A stretch of 63,425 bases of DNA, filler included, from Octopus bimaculoides (taxonomy: Eukaryota): the NCBI RefSeq assembly GCF_001194135.2. It is 5 parts of 4 records of this genome, joined end to end, with 100 filler letters (N's around TTAATTAATTAA, not from the genome) between each part and the next. Parts side by side here need not be neighbours in the genome. Positions count along the whole stretch, not along the records: positions 1 to 13,275 come from NC_068992.1; 4 more parts are not named here. One strand, written 5' to 3'. Positions 1 through 12,701 of the stretch are shown here, in pieces. The position numbers were made by a program, and so were the translations under genes. Position 1 is the first letter of the stretch. Each line of letters starts with the position of its first letter. The notes under the pieces were generated by a model, which worked only from the letters and a program-made list of their open reading frames with translations, was not told the origin of the DNA and ran no database searches.

Positions 1-20
1 TATATATATACATATATATA

Positions 21-56
<36 letters not shown>

Positions 57-222
57 TGTATGTATATGTATATACATACAGAGAAAGAGAGGGTTTGTAT
101 TAGAAGATACTTGTCCAAATTGGCATGCAGTAGGACTGAACCCGAAGCCATAGGTTGGTAAGTAAAGCTCTTAACACACAACCATATCTGCTCTATGCAA
201 GAATTTTTTCTGCATGTTATTA

Positions 223-546
223 GGCGCGCGGCTCAGCGGTTAGAGCTTCGGGCTCACAATCATGAGGTAGTAAGTTAGATTCCCAGACTGGGCTGTGTGT
301 TGTGTTCTTGAGCAAGACACTTCATTTCACGTTGCTCCAGTTCACTCAGCTGTAGAAATGAGTTTTGACGTCACTAGTGTCAAACTGTATTGGCCCCTTT
401 GCCTTTCCCTTGGATGACATCAGTGGCGAGGTGAGGGGAGGCTGGTATGCACGGGTAACTGCTGGTCTTCCATAAAACAACCTTGCCCGGACTTGTGCCT
501 CTAGGTGCAATCCCATAGTCATTCATGACCGAAAGATGGTCTTTAT
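223..546 (+). mobile_element. tRNA-derived SINE (CORE/Deu-like central domain)
   Basis: GGCGCGCGGCTCAGCGGTTAGAGC A-box-like head, degenerate B box, then ttcttgagcaagacacttcatttcacgttgctccag central motif. Confidence 0.65.
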
Positions 547-1195
547 TTTTACCTTTACTAGGCAAAATGTTTTGTTTGGAAAATGGGAGGCGATTTTTAC
601 GCCATATTTTATATTGTTCGAGATTATCTAATGAGAATGTTTTTACCAAAGAAATGTACTTCCCTTCTTGAACCTTGAATATTGTGACTTCTCTTCCCCA
701 CTTCTCATGTACGTGACGATAAAACCAATAAGATATTAACTAGACGACTGACAGATTTGAAACAGACCCGGAGTAGTGAAGGCTTGTTTACTAATGAGGT
801 CGCATATGGCGAAGGAAACAAATTTGATAAACGCCTGATTGAATGATTAACCGAGTGATTAAGCAAGCAATGGATTAGACAGTTTGTTAAATAACTAACC
901 AATTAACAGGTAATAACGAAGTGAAATTGAACCAGTGCGTGTGTTTATCATTGGCATAACGACCTTCCTAAGATAGAAGAGCATGATTTAGTTTCCTCGA
1001 AAGTACAAGAATATTTTGTTAGAGAAATGGAGAAGGTTGGGGTTGCGTTGCTGGAAACAGCTCATAAAAGAGTCAAGCGCTACATTTTCAAAATAATGTT
1101 TGTAAGGGAAATAAAATGTTATCGACAGGTAATACTTCACTTTCTCGAGAATTGTTGGCGATGAAACTTTGAAATTGTAATCACAACGCAATAAC

Positions 1196-1265
<70 letters not shown>

Positions 1266-1277
1266 GTAATAATAATA

Positions 1278-1452
1278 ATCCTTTCTACTATAGGCACGAG
1301 GCCTGAAACATGGAGGAGGAGAGTAATCGATTGCATCGACCCTAGGGTTTCATTGGTGCTTAATTGATCGGCCCCGAAAGGATGGAAGGCAAGGTCGACC
1401 TCGGCGGGATTTGAACTCAGAACGTAGTGGCAGACGAAATGCTGCCGAGCAA
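1278..1452 (-). mobile_element. SINE family A (Meta-domain-like) with (ATT)n tail
   Basis: Reverse complement gttctgagttcaaatcccgccgaggtcgaccttgccttccatcctttcgggg...tagtagaaagg followed by the (ATT)n run at 1190-1278; homologous copies recur across the window. Confidence 0.75.
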
Positions 1453-1478
1453 TTTATGTCAGATATGCATATATATTA

Positions 1479-1578
<100 letters not shown>

Positions 1579-1675
1579 TGTATATAATGTACGTATTTAT
1601 ACTTTTAAAATACATATTTATTTATATAGTATATCCATGTAAATATATGACATATTTACATATATGCAATATAAG

Positions 1676-1760
<85 letters not shown>

Positions 1761-1926
1761 TTAGAAATGCGGAGGCGATAAAATGTTCTGCAGAGAATTT
1801 GCGTGGCACTCGCAAAGCTCTGAGTTGCTGAGTAATTTCAAGAAATACTATAATGAACACATGTCTGTATGCGCCTGTGTGAGATATGGAACGTCTTAAT
1901 GTCATGCTAACATGGTGAATGTATTA

Positions 1927-1960
<34 letters not shown>

Positions 1961-2774
1961 TAAAGTGTGAGGGAGGGAGTGAGAGAAAGAAAGAAGGAAA
2001 GAAAANNNNNNNNNNNNNNNNNNNNNNNNNNNNNNNNNNNNNNNNNNNNNNNNNNNNNNNNNNNNNNNNNNNNNNNNNNNNNNNNNNNNNNNNNNNNNNN
2101 NNNNNNNNNNNNNNNNNNNNNNNNNNNNNNNNNNNNNNNNNNNNNNNNNNNNNNNNNNNNNNNNNNNNNNNNNNNNNNNNNNNNNNNNNNNNNNNNNNNN
2201 NNNNNNNNNNNNNNNNNNNNNNNNNNNNNNNNNNNNNNNNNNNNNNNNNNNNNNNNNNNNNNNNNNNNNNNNNNNNNNNNNNNNNNNNNNNNNNNNNNNN
2301 NNNNNNNNNNNNNNNNNNNNNNNNNNNNNNNNNNNNNNNNNNNNNNNNNNNNNNNNNNNNNNNNNNNNNNNNNNNNNNNNNNNNNNNNNNNNNNNNNNNN
2401 NNNNNNNNNNNNNNNNNNNNNNNNNNNNNNNNNNNNNNNNNNNNNNNNNNNNNNNNNNNNNNNNNNNNNNNNNNNNNNNNNNNNNNNNNNNNNNNNNNNN
2501 NNNNNNNNNNNNNNNNNNNNNNNNNNNNNNNNNNNNNNNNNNNNNNNNNNNNNNNNNNNNNNNNNNNNNNNNNNNNNNNNNNNNNNNNNNNNNNNNNNNN
2601 NNNNNNNNNNNNNNNNNNNNNNNNNNNNNNNNNNNNNNNNNNNNNNNNNNNNNNNNNNNNNNNNNNNNNNNNNNNNNNNNNNNNNNNNNNNNNNNNNNNN
2701 NNNNNNNNNNNNNNNNNNATATATATATATATATACATGTATGTGTGTGTATATGTTATGTATCTGTGTTTGTA

Positions 2775-2945
2775 CCCCCAACATCGCTTGACAACCGATG
2801 CTGGTGTGCTTAGGTTCGGCAAAAGAGACCGATAGAATAAGTACTAGGCTTACAAAGAATAAGTCTTGGGGGTCGATTTGATTCGACTAAAGGCGTTGCT
2901 CCGGCATGGCCGCAGTCAAATGACTGAAACAAGTAAAAGAATAAA
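2775..2945 (+). mobile_element. SINE family B 3' module
   Basis: ccccaacatcgcttgacaaccgatgctggtg...gcatggccgcagtcaaatgactgaaacaagtaaaag. Confidence 0.75.
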
Positions 2946-3582
2946 AAAAATATACATATGTATATATCAGAAATGGTGTTCATGGTTGCACAGTCGTAGA
3001 AATGAGAAAGTAAAAAGCAAAAGTTGTCATAAATGGCCACTCTGTGCTTGTAAGTGTTAAATCTTACGATTGTTGGTGGTGCACACACACGAACACACAG
3101 ACGGCGCCTTGGGACAACAAAAACACACGCATAACCGTTTAACGAACTCTCGTTTAACGAACTCAATCGGAAAAACACATATTTGCCGATACACTGTCGT
3201 ACATGTACACACACACTCACACACATACACACATACACACGAGCACACACACACACACACACACGAACACACACAAACACACACACATTTAAAGTTCACA
3301 TGTATATATATGAATTTATCCCAACGTATGCTTCTTACATGAGTGCATATGTGTATATATATATATATATATATACATGTGTGTGTGTAAGGGAGTAAGT
3401 CGATTACATCGACCCCAGTGTGTGCGTGTGTGGGTGTGTGTATGTGTGTGTATGTGTGTGTGTGTGTGTGTGTAACACATCTGTATGTTTGGCACCGTTC
3501 ATAAAGTACGGTATTTCGTCTTCAGGACACGCACACACAAACACATTACACTCGTACGCAAAATACACACACGCACACGCGC

Positions 3583-3629
<47 letters not shown>

Positions 3630-3786
3630 TGTCGTTGAGTTGTTATTTGAAATTTCTATTCTCTATTACTCCGGAATTATCATGACAAAAGACACGGTGC
3701 CAGGAACAGAGAAGATTGAGAGTGAGGGGGAGGAAGAAAGAGAGGAGACACTGGCAGAGACACAGAGAGAGAGAGAGAGCGAGAGC

Positions 3787-3828
<42 letters not shown>

Positions 3829-4164
3829 AATAGAGGTTTGTAAACAGATATAGAAACAAAGCGTAACAGAAATAGATAGATAGATAGATAGATAGATTGA
3901 TAGATAAACAGACAGACAGACAGACAGATAGATAGAAACACACACACACACATACATACACACACACACACATACATACACACACACACACATACATACA
4001 TACATAAGCACGTGCGCACACGCGCATATCATACCATACGTCATACAATTGTTTACATGCCGGCAAATAGTCCGAGAGTAGCTGACAATTGAAACATGCT
4101 GTTTCATGATAATAATAATGATAATAATAATAATAATAATGATAATAATAATAATAATAATTAT

Positions 4165-4295
4165 GACACTTTCTACTATAAGCACAAAGCCTGAAATTTG
4201 GGGGGAGGGAGTAAGTCGATTACATGGAGCCCAGTGTTTCAGTGGTACTTAATATATCGACCCCAGAAGGATGAAAAACAAACTCGACCTCAGCA

Positions 4296-4297
<2 letters not shown>
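4165..4297 (-). mobile_element. SINE family A fragment
   Basis: ctttctactataagcacaaagcctgaaatttg...gtcgattacatggagcccagtg...cgacctc, homologous to 1278-1452. Confidence 0.7.
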
Positions 4298-4346
<49 letters not shown>

Positions 4347-5204
4347 TACTAATAATCATATTTTATTGGCCACAAGAGCAACATGCTTGCACAGCAAGGC
4401 TGTACGATATAAACCCATAATTTGTACACATGCATGTGAGTGCGTGTTTGTATGTGTGTGTGTGTGCATGCGTGTGTGTTTGTGTGTATGCGTGTAAGCA
4501 AACGGAAATTTGGATATCACAATTATAAATAATTACTGAATAACCACGCATATACTCAAATGCATATACACACACACACACACACACAGACACACACGCA
4601 CACACACAAACATATATATATCTGAAAGAAAAAAGCATCACAAAAATATCAGGATACTCAGAGAGTTTCACGTTCCCTTTCGTAGGACAGTTTACATTGA
4701 TATATATATATATATATATATATATANNNNNNNNNNNNNNNNNNNNNNNNNNNNNNNNNNNNNNNNNNNNNNNNNNNNNNNNNNNNNNNNNNNNNNNNNN
4801 NNNNNNNNNNNNNNNNNNNNNNNNNNNNNNNNNNNNNNNNNNNNNNNNNNNNNNNNNNNNNNNNNNNNNNNNNNNNNNNNNNNNNNNNNNNNNNNNNNNN
4901 NNNNNNNNNNNNNNNNNNNNNNNNNNNNNNNNNNNNNNNNNNNNNNNNNNNNNNNNNNNNNNNNNNNNNNNNNNNNNNNNNNNNNNNNNNNNNNNNNNNN
5001 NNNNNNNNNNNNNNNNNNNNNNNNNNNNNNNNNNNNNNNNNNNNNNNNNNNNNNNNNNNNNNNNNNNNNNNNNNNNNNNNNNNNNNNNNNNNNNNATATA
5101 TATGCAAATATAAACGCATATCCCCATTTGTTTTTGTATAAAGTAAATACGTACGTATGTTATGGTTATGCGTGTACGTGCGTAAGTACGTTTGTATCTA
5201 TGTA

Positions 5205-5298
<94 letters not shown>

Positions 5299-5319
5299 CA
5301 GACAGACAGATAGACAGAC

Positions 5320-5376
<57 letters not shown>

Positions 5377-5617
5377 TAAACACATGCAAAAATAGTGCAG
5401 ATATATATAATGTGTGTGTATGTACAAACGTATGCAATACACAAATATATATATATATAAGTATATATGTTAATATATCTTAGTATTTACATATTTTTGT
5501 ATGCACATACCTTTATGTATACATACACGTGTGCATGTGTGGTGTGCGTGTTGATAAGATATAAACAGAAGGCGATGTACATATATATATATATATGGTT
5601 TCTCTGAAAGTACTTAC

Positions 5618-5821
5618 AACTCGAATTAGCTGCGATATCCGAAGTCCTAACCGGACAAGCAATATAGCGTTGTCTCCGGACGGTCTGACCAACCTGTTGT
5701 AGTCCTTAGTGTTCATTATGTAATTGTACACTCTCATGGCATTGGGACTGGCCGTGACCCCTACTAAAAGGGTCCAGAGCAACGACCAGGTTATGCCGAA
5801 GGTCCGCGAAAGTTGCACCAT
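5618..5821 (-). CDS. First coding exon of a nicotinic acetylcholine receptor (Cys-loop ligand-gated ion channel) subunit: signal peptide plus start of extracellular domain
   Basis: ATG at 5821-5819 opens MVQLSRTFGITWSLLWTLLVGVTASPNAMRVYNYIMNTKDYNRLVRPSGDNAILLVRLGLRISQLIRV (68 codons). A hydrophobic signal peptide ends near VTA, followed by the nAChR pattern (P.A.RLY..L...YNRL.RP...; LGLR.SQLI.V). A canonical donor GTT|gtaagt falls right after SQLIRV, the conserved phase-0 intron position before DEKNQ. Subtype cannot be assigned from this exon. Confidence 0.9.
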
Positions 5822-6016
5822 TGTCACGGCTTTTTGTTTTGTTTTTTGTTTTTTTTTATTTCTGTATATTTATATATATAAATATATATATGTATATGTA
5901 TTGTTTTTTTTTTCTCTCTCTCTTTTTTTGTTTTGGCGGGGAATGGACGAACGATGGTTGGGCCGGGGTACGGGGGTGGCGGGATGAGGAGAATTGTTGA
6001 AGAACGGAAGGAGGAA

Positions 6017-6057
<41 letters not shown>

Positions 6058-7569
6058 GGAAAGGGGGAAAGGAAGACAGCGAGTTGTGATGACAAATTAT
6101 GTAGGATGTGTATATAGTATGTGTGTGTGTGCATGTGTGTGCGTGTGTGTGTGTGTGNNNNNNNNNNNNNNNNNNNNNNNNNNNNNNNNNNNNNNNNNNN
6201 NNNNNNNNNNNNNNNNNNNNNNNNNNNNNNNNNNNNNNNNNNNNNNNNNNNNNNNNNNNNNNNNNNNNNNNNNNNNNNNNNNNNNNNNNNNNNNNNNNNN
6301 NNNNNNNNNNNNNNNNNNNNNNNNNNNNNNNNNNNNNNNNNNNNNNNNNNNNNNNNNNNNNNNNNNNNNNNNNNNNNNNNNNNNNNNNNNNNNNNNNNNN
6401 NNNNNNNNNNNNNNNNNNNNNNNNNNNNNNNNNNNNNNNNNNNNNNNNNNNNNNNNNNNNNNNNNNNNNNNNNNNNNNNNNNNNNNNNNNNNNNNNNNNN
6501 NNNNNNNNNNNNNNNNNNNNNNNNNNNNNNNNNNNNNNNNNNNNNNNNNNNNNNNNNNNNNNNNNNNNNNNNNNNNNNNNNNNNNNNNNNNNNNNNNNNN
6601 NNNNNNNNNNNNNNNNNNNNNNNNNNNNNNNNNNNNNNNNNNNNNNNNNNNNNNNNNNNNNNNNNNNNNNNNNNNNNNNNNNNNNNNNNNNNNNNNNNNN
6701 NNNNNNNNNNNNNNNNNNNNNNNNNNNNNNNNNNNNNNNNNNNNNNNNNNNNNNNNNNNNNNNNNNNNNNNNNNNNNNNNNNNNNNNNNNNNNNNNNNNN
6801 NNNNNNNNNNNNNNNNNNNNNNNNNNNNNNNNNNNNNNNNNNNNNNNNNNNNNNNNNNNNNNNNNNNNNNNNNNNNNNNNNNNNNNNNNNNNNNNNNNNN
6901 NNNNNNNNNNNNNNNNNNNNNNNNNNNNNNNNNNNNNNNNNNNNNNNNNNNNNNNNNNNNNNNNNNNNNNNNNNNNNNNNNNNNNNNNNNNNNNNNNNNN
7001 NNNNNNNNNNNNNNNNNNNNNNNNNNNNNNNNNNNNNNNNNNNNNNNNNNNNNNNNNNNNNNNNNNNNNNNNNNNNNNNNNNNNNNNNNNNNNNNNNNNN
7101 NNNNNNNNNNNNNNNNNNNNNNNNNNNNNNNNNNNNNNNNNNNNNNNNNNNTTGTTTTCTTTGTTTTTCTATTGTTTTGTTTTTTTTTTCTTTTTTGGTT
7201 CTTGTTACCGAAAGTCTTCGAGTGTTTCAACATCGAAGATAAGTGTGCGATATTAGGTGATTCCACTGAAGTTTGTTTACCGAGAGCTTGTGTGTGTGTG
7301 TGTGTGTGTGTGTGTCTGTTTGTATGTGTCAGAGAGAGAGAGAGGGAGAGACAGACAGACAGAGTTAACGAGAACGGGAGAGAGACAGAGACAGACAGAC
7401 AGACAGAGAGAGACAGAGAGAGAGAGAGAGAGAAAGGATTGGACGTGTTTGTGCGTATGCGCATGTGTCTGTGCATGGTGATGCGAATGTGTGTGCTGTC
7501 TCGCAGTAGATGCGCAATGACAATTTACACACACGCACACACACACACACACACGCACACACACACACG

Positions 7570-7611
<42 letters not shown>

Positions 7612-7698
7612 CACGCACACATACACACACGTACACAAACGCTTAATGTGGCATATAAACCAGCGTTTATTCAATTTCTCACCTACTTTTCTTCTCCT

Positions 7699-7739
<41 letters not shown>

Positions 7740-7888
7740 TTCTCTTTCTCTCTATCTCTGTCACCTGCATATACACAAACAAGAGTAAAGGCATCCATCT
7801 ATATACATATTAAGGTGTATATATAAGTATATATATATGTATATATGTATATGTGTATATATGTATATCTAGAGAGAAAGAGAGAAAC

Positions 7889-7943
<55 letters not shown>

Positions 7944-8195
7944 CCAACTATCACCCATCAGTTATATCTTTCTTTCTCTCTCTCTGTACCTTCCGTTCAC
8001 TTTCTCATTCTCTCTCTATCTATCTCCCTCTCCCTCTTCTTTTCCTTCTTGTTTCTCTTTCTTTGCCCTCTCTGTCTCACTCGTTAGCCACAACACACTT
8101 ACTAGAGCTGATGTCTCGGTTTCACCAGCTTTTTGTTGATGTCATTCAACATTGACGCAAGTTTATCCAGAATCCTGACGAAAGACCCGACTCAT

Positions 8196-8229
<34 letters not shown>

Positions 8230-9226
8230 TATATATATATATATGTAAAACTTACTTGGAAAAGGATGCGTGGCGTTCGATCATATAATAATATAAATAA
8301 TATATAAATGTATGCATATATCCATACATATATGTACATACCTACATCTATATGTATATATACATGCATAAATGGGTGCAAGACATCAAAAAAAAAAACG
8401 TTAAACACAATGAGAAACGAAAACATAAAAATGAAAACATAGACAACGAACTTTTTTCGAACAACGAAAAAAACATAGAAACGAGACATACAACATAAAA
8501 AATATACCCCTTCGTCAGTTGTCCCTGTTTCATCCACTCCGCGTTTCGAAGGCAAGGACAATACGCNNNNNNNNNNNNNNNNNNNNNNNNNNNNNNNNNN
8601 NNNNNNNNNNNNNNNNNNNNNNNNNNNNNNNNNNNNNNNNNNNNNNNNNNNNNNNNNNNNNNNNNNNNNNNNNNNNNNNNNNNNNNNNNNNNNNNNNNNN
8701 NNNNNNNNNNNNNNNNNNNNNNNNNNNNNNNNNNNNNNNNNNNNNNNNNNNNNNNNNNNNNNNNNNNNNNNNNNNNNNNNNNNNNNNNNNNNNNNNNNNN
8801 NNNNNNNNNNNNNNNNNNNNNNNNNNNNNNNNNNNNNNNNNNNNNNNNNNNNNNNNNNNNNNNNNNNNNNNNNNNNNNNNNNNNNNNNNNNNNNNNNNNN
8901 NNNNNNNNNNNNNNNNNNNNNNNNNNNNNNNNNNNNNNNNNNNNNNNNNNNNNNNNNNNNNNNNNNNNATATATATATATAAGAGTGTATAAATATTTAT
9001 ACATGAAGAGAACACCACCATGTGGACTTCTTACATACTAAAGAGGGCAGTCAAATCCCAACCCACGAAAAGACATTCTCAGTTAATTGATTTATTTGAT
9101 CATTGATAGTGAAACTCATGGGTATAGAGTTCACTGAGATTTTTATTCATTTAAATGTCCTGCTCGCTATCAGTGGATATTACCGATACTTCCTGGGCTA
9201 CCCTTTTAACCCGGAGTATCGGCAAG

Positions 9227-9281
9227 ATCCACTGATGAGGACGAAGATCATTATCAGAGTTCGAAATCACATGAAATGGAT
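9227..9281 (+). ncRNA. Degenerate type-I hammerhead ribozyme-like motif
   Basis: ATCCA (stem I) CTGATGA (core) GGAC..GAT-catt-ATC..GTTC (stem II) GAAA TCA-ca-TGA (stem III) A A TGGAT (stem I partner). The only core defect is A in place of the conserved U16.1 at 9275. Confidence 0.6.
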
Positions 9282-9645
9282 ATATCTGTTTACTTCATTT
9301 GGTGGGTTTATCTCATCATAGTAAGGTGCTTTTTCTCGATCCCTCGCTTTTCGTCAACCCCATGAGGTTAGTACACTGCGTGGCTATCGAGTTGCTTTTG
9401 ACTCTTATTTCTAGCAATGTAGGTACTATTTTTGTACCCTTGTTTATTAATACATACATACATACATACATACACTGAGGAGTAGATAGACAGCCGACAT
9501 CTGACGAAGGGTCGTTCTTTGTGTTACTTGTCCTGCTTTCCATTTTTTCTCTCGTTGTTTGTGTATTCAACTCATTTGTTTTCGTATTTCATGTTGCTTA
9601 CTTTTGGTGACGTCCTGTACCCATATATATATACACGTGTATGTA

Positions 9646-9736
<91 letters not shown>

Positions 9737-10734
9737 ATATATGTATATATATTATTTATATTATTACATACATGCATACATGCATACATACATACATGTG
9801 TGTGTGAATGTGTGCGTGTCTGTGTGTACAATTCTATCGTCGTCTGACTTTTCTTTCCTCCATCTAAAGAGTAAAAAACGTTCTCAGCCTGATAAAACTC
9901 TGCCCTACGCAACTTCAGACCCAGCATGGTGTCTCACAATCTGAAGAACAAGTTTTGGTTTTTATCGTTAAGGATCTCTTAATAATAAGCTTTACGCCTT
10001 CATACGCAGTCACACGCATACAACACAGACGTACCCTAGACACACACATACACTCGCATACTGGCACATTCAAACATACACATTTGCACATGTCACTATT
10101 CATGGACACAAATCCATATGCAGATTGGTGATACTATATTTTACTGTCTGCCGAGATAATTATAACATTGATTGTGTTACAATATTAACGCTCTGGACTT
10201 CGAAAGCAGGTATATCCGCTCAATGTTTTATTGCCGTTAACTACGGAAAATGGTTTTACCCATGGCCTTGGTGGGGGGAAAGCGTCTGCTCGTGTTGCGA
10301 GAAGAGGAGACACACATCCAGTGACAAAAGACAATTTTGGGGGTTTTACCTAAATATTTTTTTCACATATTTCAATTTCATCAAATATCTCTTTACAGAG
10401 CAAGAATCAAATACTTCTAGCGGTGAATATGAAAACCATGCCTAGTGGAGATACTGAAAATGTATTGCAGAAGCAGAAAATATTTTTTTTTTTTTTAATT
10501 TGTGGCTAATTAACATTAAAACAGGAATGACCATGAAATTCAATAACGCAAAAAGTCAATCTGTTTAAGGTTAAAAATTTTGGAAGAAGAGACGGTTGAT
10601 TACATGGATCTCAGTTCTTGGCTGGTACTCGATCATATATATCGACCTCTGGAAGATAAAAAACAAAGACAGTCTTGACAATAATTAAACATAGTAATTA
10701 ATCCATTTTGTCCTGCGATTTGCCAGGCTGTGCA

Positions 10735-10880
10735 CTCTGTGGCTGTGTGGTAAGAAGCTTGCTTCTCAACTACATGGTTCCGGGTTCAATCCCACTACAT
10801 GGCACCTTCCTTGGGCAAGTGTCTTCTACTATAGCCTCAGGCCGACTAAAGCCTGTGAGTGGACTGAAGGACACTCGTCG

Positions 10881-10921
<41 letters not shown>

Positions 10922-10956
10922 CTGTGTGTATTTCACACATTTCATAAAATATCTCT

Positions 10957-10988
<32 letters not shown>

Positions 10989-11165
10989 ATTTGCATGTGT
11001 GTGTTTGTGTCTTTGCGTCTGTGTTTGTCCTCCACACCGTTTGACAACTTGTGTTGGTGTGTTTACGAACTCGTAACTTAGCGGTTGGGCAAAAAACTGA
11101 TAGAATAAGTATCAAGCTTTAAAAAAAGAAATACTGAGATCGATTCGTTCGACTAAAATTCGACA
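10735..11165 (+). mobile_element. SINE family B copy, partial
   Basis: Head and V-like segment at 10735-10885, microsatellite spacer, 3' module at about 11030-11165. Confidence 0.75.
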
Positions 11166-11304
11166 AGTAAATGAGAAAAGATAATCCTAGATTTGTTTTT
11201 TGTTATTTTTTTTCTCGATCTGTCGGACTCATAAGGTTCCTTATCCGATTTCCACAGCTTATAAGTTACCAAAATCACGACATTACCCTGGAATTCAAGG
11301 CCAG

Positions 11305-11470
11305 TAATTTTAAAGGGAGGAGGTAAGTCAGTTTCATTGGCCCCAGTATTTGACTGGTACGTTATTTTTATTAATAAAGGCAAAGTTGACCTCGACGAAT
11401 TTGAACTCAGAACATAAAGGACCGAAAGAATTGCGTCTTAGCATTTTGTGCAAATGATTCTACGACTTCG
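11305..11470 (-). mobile_element. SINE family A copy
   Basis: aaggccagtaatttt...ggcaaagttgacctcgacgaatttgaactcagaac, homologous to the other family A copies. Confidence 0.7.
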
Positions 11471-11499
11471 CCACCTGCTTTACAAACAACGTAGATTAC

Positions 11500-12687
11500 T
11501 TAAAATCACACCGGTACTCCGTCGGTTACAAGCTTTTTAATCCCATCAACGTAAAATTCTTATGGTTTCAAAGTGAAGAACTCTGAAATGTCAGTTTCGA
11601 CCTCCTCCTGGCTTGCGAAAGTTATGTCCCCCAAATGATTCTGTAAACTACGAAACAAATGGTTGTCTGAAGGAGCAAGGTCGGGAGAATAAGGTGGATG
11701 AGGAATTTTTTCCCAACCAAGCTCTTCGATCTTCTGTGATGTGATCTTTGCAGTGTGGGGTCGCGCATTGTCCTGATGAAACATCATTCCTTTTCGATTC
11801 ACTAAAGTGGGCCTTTTTCTCTTCAAAGCTTCGTTCAAACGCTCTACTTGCAGACAGTAGACTTGAGCATTGATTGTTGCATTAGGTGGTAACAATTCAA
11901 AGTGAATTACTCCTTTGCAATCCCACCAGATAGAGAGAAGAACCTTTTTCCCGTGAAGTTCCCTTCTCGGTTGTGGTTGAGCTTTTTCCCTTTTATCAAG
12001 CCACTGTTTACGACATTTAACATTTCGATAAAAGATCCATTTTTCGTCACCAGTCGCAAGTCTATCCAAAAAGGGTGAAATGAGTTCGCGAGAATGGAGA
12101 GAAGAGCAGATGTCAACTCAAGATTTGCGGTTGCTTTCGGGAAATTCATGAGGCACCCATTTCCAAGTTTAGGAACCTTTCCAAGTTGTTGAAGATGACA
12201 CTCAAAAGTTGTATGGTTTGAACTAAGCTTTATTGCCAATTCTTCAACTGATAATGCAGGATTTTCTTCAAGTAAAGTCTCAAGGAGCTTATCATCAAAC
12301 TCGAATGGACGTCCTGTTCGATCTTCATCTCCAAGGCTGAAATCTCTACTTCTGAATTTTGCAAACCATCTTCTGCAAGTTCTTTCATTCAAGCATTCTT
12401 TCCCATAAACTGGGTGTATATTTCGAGTCGCTTCGGCTGCAGAGTTTCATTTTATATACTCGTAAAGCATTATGTGCCTTAAATGCTCATTGGATACTTC
12501 CATGTCAAAAAACGTTTTTATCAACGAAATTATAATTCTATTATTCTATAAAATAATATTCAATTATTTTAAATGTACACAAAGGCATAAAAATAATTTT
12601 TTATTCCATTAGACATTCTAAAATACTATTAAATTTCATTCAATTTTAAAAAAGGTAAAATCGGACAGAACTTATGGGATGACCTGA
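11500..12687 (-). mobile_element. Mariner (DD34D) transposon, near full length, inactivated
   Basis: ATG at 12503. HTH region, WVPHE(F) motif split by a 1-nt frameshift near 12160, then TGDEKW, HQDNARPH and PYSPDLAPSD with 34 residues between the 2nd and 3rd Asp. In-frame stop near the N-terminus. 5' TIR TCAGGTCATCCCATAAG next to TA (12688-12689); the matching 3' TIR was not found. Confidence 0.92.
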
Positions 12688-12701
12688 TATATATATATAT
12701 A

